A program made the position numbers and the translations under genes. The notes under the pieces are model-generated. The model made no database searches and had not been told where the DNA came from. It saw nothing but the letters and a program-made list of their open reading frames with translations. 17,720 nucleotides of DNA from Ginkgo biloba (lineage: Eukaryota; Plantae; Ginkgophyta), in NCBI GenBank assembly GCA_024626585.2, contig JANKJI020000004.1:22410892-22428611 (forward strand), read 5' to 3'. Positions 9,558 through 17,720 of the stretch are shown here, piece by piece (position 1 is the stretch's first letter; each line of letters begins with the position of its first letter).

Positions 9558-10568
9558 NNNNNNNNNNNNNNNNNNNNNNNNNNNNNNNNNNNNNNNNNNN
9601 NNNNNNNNNNNNNNNNNNNNNNNNNNNNNNNNNNNNNNNNNNNNNNNNNNNNNNNNNCAAAATACCCTACACTTTCCCATCCTTTAACTGAGATCTTTGG
9701 GTGCCTGAGACCTTGCCAAATGTCACTTTTTTGTGTGCACCTAAGCTTGAGGCCCTTTTTAATTTGTGTATTTTTCATCTCATCCAGGCATGAGGGGAGA
9801 AGCCTTAAGATGGTGCCACTTGGCGCCATCACAAGCCTCTTGAGGTTACACTTTGAATTGGGGAGCACTGGCCCTTTCTTATTATTCTAAATGAACCCGG
9901 GGGTAGGAGCCCCTCGGGATGTTGACACTTGACACCCCCTCTGTCCATCTAGGTATGCAACCCTCCCTTTTCATTTCCTTGGAGTGATTCATGAGGGCAT
10001 AGGGTCCTGTGACCCTTTTCACTTTGACACGGAGTGGGGATGAGACCCCACAATCCCCCTTTCCTTTTGTTGAGGTCCCTTGTTATCGTGAGGGGGAGAT
10101 TGTGGGATCTTGCCACATGGTGAAATCCCATGAGCTCCCTCTCACAGGCCTTTCCACCCTGAGTGATATAACCTTTGAACTACCCAAAAGGGATGAGCCC
10201 TAAGATGCTTCCACTTATCGCAATCGCATTGAATCTGAGGTTCATGGGACTTTTTTCCAAAAATCACTAAGCGTCGAGTCTTTTTATTTTTCTCTTGAAA
10301 GTGAGGGATGAGGCAACGATGGCCTCCCATGTTTCAGAACTTTAAGCACCTGCAATAAGCCACTCAAAATATCCCATGAGAGCACTTTTTCATAATTTAT
10401 TAAAATGATAAAGAGCAAGCTGGCACCACATGATGAAACCTCATGAGACATAAATTTTTCATTACATTTCAAAAGCACCTAAGTGGATTTTTGTTGGTTT
10501 CTCAACTGATACAATATTTTATATGTGGGGAGATTATGACTATAAAGAGAGTAGATTTAACGAGCTTT

Positions 10569-10768
10569 CTAAAGCAGCAAAGCCCTGCAGCTACCACTAA
10601 CGCGGCAAAGCGCTCTGATACCTCTAACGCAGCAAAGCCCTGCAGCTACCACTGACGTGGTAAAGCACTCTGATACCTCTAATGCAACAAAGCCCTGCAA
10701 CTACCACTAACGCGACAAAGCGCTATAATACCACTAACACAACAAAGGGCCCTGATACTACCACTGAC
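10569..10768. repeat. 55-bp tandem repeat (about 3.6 copies, two related subunits) carrying tRNA-Met PBS-like copies on the minus strand
   Basis: The gcagcaaagccc core recurs at 10574, 10629, 10684 and 10739. Each unit has two ctaacgcrgcaaagc-type halves. GCTCTGATACC(T/A)-like segments occur at 10612, 10667 and 10722. Confidence 0.85.
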
Positions 10769-11339
10769 ATAGTAGGGGGGTGGACCTGACACCATTGATG
10801 TCGCCTAATGCTGCTCAGCACAGGATCTTTGGACNNNNNNNNNNNNNNNNNNNNNNNNNNNNNNNNNNNNNNNNNNNNNNNNNNNNNNNNNNNNNNNNNN
10901 NNNNNNNNNNNNNNNNNNNNNNNNNNNNNNNNNNAACAACATCGACCTTTTTGTGTTATGTTTTTTTATTTTTTAAAGTACATCTTGATCTACTTTAAAA
11001 AAATTTAAACTATGCAATCTTAATTTCATTTGCATAGATTATCTTACTTTTACATATCTGCAAGGGAGAAATAACCCAGAGCCCTCTAAGATCCTTTATA
11101 AGAGAAAATAAAATCAATTTTATTTAAAAAATAAAATACAATANNNNNNNNNNNNNNNNNNNNNNNNNNNNNNNNNNNNNNNNNNNNNNNNNACCACTTA
11201 AACGGGCTATCAACAAAATGCACAAAATAGAAAAACGATTTCGAGAATTCCAAATTCACTGCCTACGGCGGGAACTAACAAAGCTACTTGACCAAAAGCT
11301 GCATAAACAATGTAAGTACCATTCGAATAAGAAAACCTG

Positions 11340-11420
11340 AACCCTGAACGTGACGAGATGAACGCTACCGTTTAGGTTTCTTTCTATATAACTTCGCTCA
11401 TTTCCTCGTTTGTTTAACAG
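11340..11420 (+). promoter_or_regulatory. Candidate Pol II core promoter: TATA box CTATATAA (11384-11391) with upstream ACGTG/TGACG bZIP-type site
   Basis: It lies in the most CpG-rich segment of the window and is followed by consistent plus-strand donor and acceptor signals. Confidence 0.45.
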
Positions 11421-11928
11421 AGCTGAAACGAGCGACGTCCCTGGTGTTACGGGAAAGTCGATTTTGGACTTTACCAGACTGTTCCCGGTTGCATCCTGCA
11501 CTCAGGTCTGTTCGTCTTAAAATTGTTCGCAGGGGAATAACAGGTCGGCCGCGAAGTGGAGGAGCTTCTTGCAATTTATTGCTTCAAATTTGGTTTTCGA
11601 ATCTTTACGGTTGCAGTTTCTAGATTACCTGTATGTTGTATACCAGCAGTTTTTAATTTTACTTCAAACAGAGGTTCCTGTGTTTTATTCCACTTTCAGA
11701 TTATACTGGTTGCGTGTTGTGTTGCAGGAGCAAGAAGTGGCAGTTTGTTTTCAAATCTTTCCCAAGCTGCCATTTGTGGCGGTGGATGCTGAGGATTTTA
11801 GCAGGGTTATAGGTCACCGTGGTCTTTTCTACTTGTCTGAAGCCTATACAACCGGTGAACAGGGCGTTGGACGCAACTATTCTTGTGTGTATTCACTGCC
11901 TTGGGGAAGCCGGGGTTAATTGCTTCCG
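11415..11928 (+). other. Candidate 5' exons of an unannotated spliced transcript (exon about 11415-11505, intron 11506-11727, exon 11728-11928)
   Basis: Donor CAG|GTCTGT, a T-rich intron ending GTGTTGTGTTGCAG|G, and donor CCG|GTATGT. The only exonic ATG (11786) opens an 8-aa ORF. Confidence 0.4.
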
Positions 11929-12207
11929 GTATGTAGCCTAGTATAAGCTAATTTNNNNNNNNNNNNNNNNNNNNNNNNNNNNNNNNNNNNNNNNNNNNNN
12001 NNNNNNNNNNNNNNNNNNNNNNNNNNNNNNNNNNNNNNNNNNNNNNNNNNNNNNNNNNNNNNNNNNNNNNNNNNNNNNNNNNNNNNNNNNNNNNNNNNNN
12101 NNNNNNNNNNNNNNNNNNNNNNNNNNNNNNNNNNNNNNNNNNNNNNNNNNNNNNNNNNNNNNNNNNNNNNNNNNNNNNNNNNNNNNNNNNNNNNNNNNNN
12201 NNNNNNN

Positions 12208-12360
12208 GGCATAGAAGTAGAATGGGTTGGATAGTGAATAATGTCTTAATTTTTTAATGGCGTAAACCATGTCAATCCCTTCTCATTTTGTCACCATACA
12301 GTTTTGTTCTATTAAAGTTAACTTTCTACATTTCCTTTCTGCAATGTAAGATACATGAAT
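12208..12360 (-). mobile_element. Ty3/gypsy RNase H fragment, degenerate
   Basis: RKLTLIEQNCMVTK*EGIDMVYAIKKLRHYSLSNPFYFY matches the consensus SRKLSxAExNYxxTEREGLAMVYAxxKFRHYLLGxxFxFY. Confidence 0.88.
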
Positions 12361-13849
12361 TAGGCAAAATTTTCACATTTTAAAAAGGTTTGAAAGTGTA
12401 AATGCCGAAGTGTTTCACAATGCAAACATTGCTGTCCTAGAGAAAAACAAACAGAAATTCTTTTCATCCAATTTGTAATTCAAACTGAAAACGTACACAG
12501 TATGATGGTTGAAGGATTGTCTATGAGTGGAGACAAAGCTCGAACCAGGTATAGGTGTCTTTTCGGTGTTGTTTATTTTTATCAATCCATATTGCGCACT
12601 TGTTGTTACTTTAGCAAAACCCACCCATTTTGTTGTATGCACGATTGCAGAGGGTAAGCTTATGTTTCATTCTAGTCTTTGTATGTCTGTTTATGCTTTA
12701 GAATCTTATATTGGCTAGTGTTTTGTGACACAATTGATTCCCCCCTTCTGTCAACTGTTGTAGATGTAACACCTCTCCTTCATTGATAATTGCTAACCTA
12801 TAAGACCTTACTCATGATAAACTTAGTCACAAAGAAAAATTTAAGACATATACCGAAAAATCACATACTGAGTTTAAAACTAGAAACCATTTCTAACATT
12901 GAACATTGACTCGGTTCACATTCAAACAGTACTTAAAATTAAAACTCACATGAGACAATCACTTCAAACTAAATTTGAATTTATAATTCACCTAATGTTA
13001 CCTCAGTCCTGGGTCCAACCCTGAAGCTCAAGTCTGGTGCTTTCCCAGGCTCTTTCCTCTTTTCTATTATCTAGTGTTGCCTAATAACCCTTTTCCCACT
13101 ACCTAGGAGTGCGCATTAGTCATTATTTTCAAACTAGTTCTCAACCAGTCATAGTCATCTAGGGAAAGACCATTTCAGACACTATACAAGTTGACCACAA
13201 AAAAACTCAGTCAATATCCTAGCGACCATAATAGGGAGTAACCTTATTTATTCCCTTTATTTTTATGTCAAGTGACTCTTTCGTTAGTCCAAGGTGCTCT
13301 AGGCACATACAAGGTTTATAGCCCAAACACACACACCTTCCTCAATAAACTCATCACATTCCTAATCAGATGACAACCTCATAGCTTACCCCTAATCCCT
13401 TAAGCCTTAATGGGCTACAAGCTCCCTTGCCTGCTATTATAATCATGTTATTAAAATATTTTGGCAAGGCAGATGGAAGCCCAAATGACCATGTGAANNN
13501 NNNNNNNNNNNNNNNNNNNNNNNNNNNNNNNNNNNNNNNNNNNNNNNNNNNNNNNNNNNNNNNNNNNNNNNNNNNNNNNNNNNNNNNNNNNNNNNNNACA
13601 CCAAAAGGACCAAGGAGACCCCAATCCTTCCCAGGCAGCTACCACTTCTGTAGACACTCTGTTATCTGTGAATCCCATTAATGTGGTGCCTCCTTTTATT
13701 TCATTGCCTCCCATTGCCCAATTTCCCCTTTTCATATGGAGCCGCGATGTGGATGGGACTGATCCTTCTTTGGATGCAGCCTTCGATATTGTCCCTCCTC
13801 CCCACTGTAAAAGGTAAGGGAAAAAAGAAAAGGATGATTTGTGCCCAAA

Positions 13850-14650
13850 ATACAGGTCTTAGATAACACTCTCACTACCCAATCTGCCAAAGAGTTGATT
13901 TTAAGAATTGCATAAGATCTTGCCACAAGAGCAGAAGAACTAGAGTTGGAGTTGGTTCGACAAGATCACCATTCCCATCAGGAAATTGAGATCTCAAACC
14001 ATAGTTTAAACATATTGCTCAAGGAGATTAGTGTTTTGGGAACCCCCTTTGAAGCAGACCAAGCCACTCTAGCCTTAGATCTACCTCTTAGTAGTCGCCC
14101 ATAGGTGTATCTCTTAAGGAAAATATCCCATGAGATCAAGGAATCACCCCCCATTCCCCCTAAAATCTAGGACAAAATATCTTAGTTGGAGTCAAAAGTT
14201 ATGAACTTTTAAGACCAAGTCGATAATTTGCAGGCTAAAGTAGATAAAAAAGAATAGGAACTCATTGAGTGTATAGCAGAGATTCAACAATTAAAAATTG
14301 TTCCTACTCAATTCATCATGGGAGTACAACACCAGTTAGCCTCAATAAGGTAGGAAGTTGATTACCTTTAGGAGTAGCTCACTACAAGTCTCACAACGGG
14401 TCCAGGAGAAAAAGAGACATGCCTTAGTCACCTTATAAAATTAGCTAAAATCAATCATTATTTGGCATCAAATAAGGCATCATTAGAAAATGAATACCAT
14501 GAGCTGGAAGGAGGGAATAATCAAGAACAACAAAGAAAGAAAGAAGCCACAATCTCACAGCTGAGAGGTGAATTAGCTTCTATGTGCCTCAAGCTCTTAT
14601 CGAAAAAAGAATCATGCTTTGAGGAGATTAAAGAAATAAAGACGCATTAG
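13850..14650 (+). mobile_element. Decayed coiled-coil ORF, probably a retroelement accessory ORF
   Basis: A 267-codon frame without frameshift. Reading stops as Gln gives clear heptads: IQDKISQLESKVMNFQDQVDNLQAKVDKKEQELIECIAEIQQL, and LASIRQEVDYLQEQL. The 9 internal stops are 7 TAG and 2 TAA, with no TGA. Confidence 0.55.
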
Positions 14651-14919
14651 CAGCCAAACGGAATCACAGCGAAACTGAATTCAACTATGTTATGTGCAGT
14701 CCAATCATTCATTCACAATTCAGTCATGTAGCTACACAAGTGATTGGAAGCGGATTAGATCCATCATTAAAAGCAAAACACATTGCCTTAAACTTGTTTA
14801 AATTGGTTTTGACCAAATGTTATGCATCCAAAGATCACACCAGAGACAATTATTTCTTAACCTCCTTGAACTATTACACAATAAGAGGTTTGGCATGCCC
14901 TAACCTCATATGAATAGAT

Positions 14920-15118
14920 TGTTTTATGTCGGAGTATGCATACCACTATCCAAAATAAGTATTAAAACCTTCTTTTTTACTTGCTTCTTAAATGTGAAGA
15001 GTCCCCCTTTATCCATGATTTTATCTTTGGTGTTGACAAGATCAAGAGTGGTATCTATCTCATTTGATGTAATAATCAAATTCACTAGTTTCTTCTATTT
15101 TGATTTCTTCTTCCCTTA
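14920..15118 (-). mobile_element. Ty3/gypsy gag-end/aspartic protease fragment
   Basis: GKKKSK*KKLVNL...GGLFTFKKQVKKKVLILILDSG. The D-S-G catalytic motif is at 14950-14942, in an LF...KV.xLIxDSG context like gypsy/CRM proteases. Confidence 0.5.
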
Positions 15119-17720
15119 GTGCAAGGAGCTACAACTTGAAATATGCCAATTACAAGGAGAGTATTACAACTGGTGAATTAATTAGACAATTTTTACTGAT
15201 TAACTTTTATGATGCCTTTTTGGCCTTATACAACTGATAAACTATAAAGATGAAAAACAAACCTTTATCATATTGCTCTAAAAATATATGTCCAAGATTA
15301 ATATAGTTGGAAGACAGAATTTTTGATCTTTTACAACTGAAACTATAAAGATGAAAAATATAATATATTGTAACATTATCTTGCATGTGGCTATAGTAAC
15401 ATTCAATGCTTGTTTAGTGTGGACATACTTTTTTACTCCACGTGTTGTTTCCCCCTAATTACCTAGTTACTGTCATCACGGAATCCATAGATTCAAGTTG
15501 ACCCTCATTTTGCACATTGAAAGACAAAGAAGATTATTGGAAAGATTTGACAAGGGAAACTGGAGTTGTAGATGTAAAAAAGGAAAAAGAATGATCAAGG
15601 GATTCTCCCCACTTTATGCCTAGAAATCCAACGATAAAGTTCTAATATGAATCATTTTCATTAGACCACGTGTATTGGCGCTTTGAGGCTAATGCCCATC
15701 TTAGCAAGATGCATGTTGACTCCTAATGTGCACAGAGAATTTTCACAATTGCTTAACAGAGAAAATGAGAAACTCAACAAACCACATCAAGGCCTTTACT
15801 ATATGTTTCATAGTGAAAAATTGAATGATAGAGAATCAAATTCTTAATCAGTGCTAGAGCTAACAAATATCATGAAATTGATCACTTGTTTTGTTATCAC
15901 ATGAAACATTAAATTACGTCTAATCCTGCAATTTAGACTCCAAAAGTAGGAAAATAATAGTTATGCTTTGATCAATGTTTCACTGCCTGCTTCCTATATA
16001 TGAAAATACTTATAATGTTTGAAAGCACAAGCATTTATATGCTCACAAATACACTACAAAGACCTCCAATTTTCTATCCTTCAATCAATGCCCTTCATTC
16101 TTACAAGTGGATGTCATTTGTCCTTATTAAATGCAACTATTGTCTCTTATTAATGGAATCGTTTTTTGCCATAAATGCGGCTATGTTTTACTTACAACAT
16201 GTTACATGTTAGTATTTGGCTTGTTTATGCCATTCATACCTCATGTTTATTATTGCCACGCCATTTTGATGTCATTGTTGTGTCATTATTTACATCGTTT
16301 TGTGGCCATGTCATCACACATCTTATGTAGGTTGATGCCACATCATTGGTTATGATGTGACAATGTAATCTCATCATATTTTGCTAACATCTCGCCAGAC
16401 ACTATTATATTTGAGTGTCCTCACACAAGCAAGATGAGCAAATTGTAGGAGGTTAGGTATTTGTACACACACATCTTCTTACTAAGCTATCGACACTGCC
16501 CCCTTACCCATAGCAATTCTAAGCTATCTGCACACACATGTCTTGCTATTGTTAAGGAGAACCAAATATTGACCATATCAAATGTATAATATGGCTAACT
16601 TCATGTTGAACACAACATTAGTAAAGGTAGGTGAAAATAACTATGACAAACCATATAGTTCATGTGATTGTGATTATAAAGTTAAGTCTTGGTCAATAAT
16701 GTTGGATCTTATGTAATTTATTTTCTACACATAAATTGATTTCTTTGTTATGAATAGTCAGTTTCTTCACTACCATCACTCACCTCATTCAACAATTTGG
16801 TCAAATCATCCTTGTAACCTGATTATCTTATTCTAATACCTTGATTGTCTCACTCTTAAATATTATTTTATTATTTTCATATGATTACTTCATTGTATTA
16901 TTCAGTTATCTCCCAAATATGTGATGAACTAGACCTCCCTCCTTAGGAGGATGTTGGTTCCTAGCATCATTTTTAACTTTGATATAAGCTACCAAAGAAG
17001 TGACCTCTCATCTCTATTAATGGTATCATTCCCATAATTTTCACATTAATATCTTGAAGTCTTACGATCTCTACTAAAGAAATGTGCATTAAAGAAGCTT
17101 CTTTAAGGTCATAGGTACTTGTAAAAAATAATGCATAACTATGATATTATAAAGTATAGAAAAAAATAATAAAGGCATAAGACTTCATATGTTTACTATT
17201 TCACAAAAGGTTATGACATCACATAAGGCTATGATATTATAAACTGTGGCAATGAGAACTTTTAAGCAGTAATTATTTAAATGGTTCATTTGGTTCTTCT
17301 TTTGGGTTCCTTTGATTATTTGACATTCTACTCCTTGAGTTCATCTCTTTTAGCTATATTATTATTCCTTCTTCTTCCAAGATATTATCTTGTGATTCCA
17401 TTTACAAATTGTAAGGTGATCCTCATGTGAGGTAGTAATTATATGCACTCACATTTTTAATCCTATTTTAAGGGGTATAAAGCTCTATAAGCCTTGGAAT
17501 TTGATTCTACCTCTTTACCTTATTATAAATATAAATACAACATTTTATTTTCTTTATTAAATAAAATTAATAGTTTTTATATAGATACAACTTGAGAATA
17601 TGATTTGTATTTATTTTAATTTTGATTTTGTTATACACATTTTGGATTCTATATCATATTGTTGGTATTAAAGCATAGTTTTTCAAACTAGAAAATAATA
17701 AATTAAAATATTAAGTATAT

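Noticed and set aside
9658-10560. Short ORFs on both strands between the chromodomain and the 55-bp repeat
   Set aside because: No gag or pol motifs. It looks like non-coding TE sequence and is separated from the integrase by a gap.
10569-10768. CRISPR-like array
   Set aside because: Contiguous tandem units with no unique spacers, no cas genes, and a eukaryotic context.
11331-11350. AAACCTGAACCCTGAA as a telomerase RNA template or telo-box
   Set aside because: Not an exact CTAAACCCT or AAACCCTA match, and there is no upstream USE (TCCCACATCG)/TATA type-3 promoter.
11786-11841. Possible C/D-box snoRNA (ATGCTGA...CTGA)
   Set aside because: The C box is imperfect, the element is short, and I recognise no rRNA-complementary guide.
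11569-11919. 116-aa ORF containing VIGHRG (GDPD-like motif)
   Set aside because: It has a TTG start, the first half looks intronic, and the rest of the GDPD motif (EN..SF, E.DV) is absent.
15417-17030. Possible further LTR remnants (TGTGGACATA at about 15418, CACTGCCCCCTT at about 16494, TGGTATCA at 17021)
   Set aside because: Isolated short motifs that I could not pair into a defined element; probably TE-derived but not delimitable.

Overview
Eukaryotic (plant) nuclear DNA from a gappy draft scaffold, AT-rich and CpG-depleted. The TE types and the P450 sequence suggest a gymnosperm; this is an inference. The main gene is the 5' part of a CYP72-clan cytochrome P450 on the minus strand (CYP734A/CYP721/CYP709-like, possibly the gymnosperm CYP866 family). 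Its exons are 7499-7219, 7119-6905 and 4963-4712. There is also a near-identical second copy of the exon-2 3' end at 5344-5293, and exon 3 ends at a non-canonical GC donor. I found no I-helix, ExxR or heme-binding exons in the window. The rest is mostly decayed transposons: an L1-type LINE reverse transcriptase, a CRM-type chromovirus 3' end (integrase, chromodomain, PPT, TGATG...CATCA LTR), Ty3/gypsy RNase H and protease fragments, and three decayed accessory ORFs. Two features are not explained by these: a CpG-rich island at about 11.2-11.95 kb with a TATA box and plus-strand splice signals (a candidate unannotated transcript), and a 55-bp tandem repeat built around a tRNA-Met primer-binding-site-like sequence. 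I cannot support a novel multi-gene system from the sequence alone.
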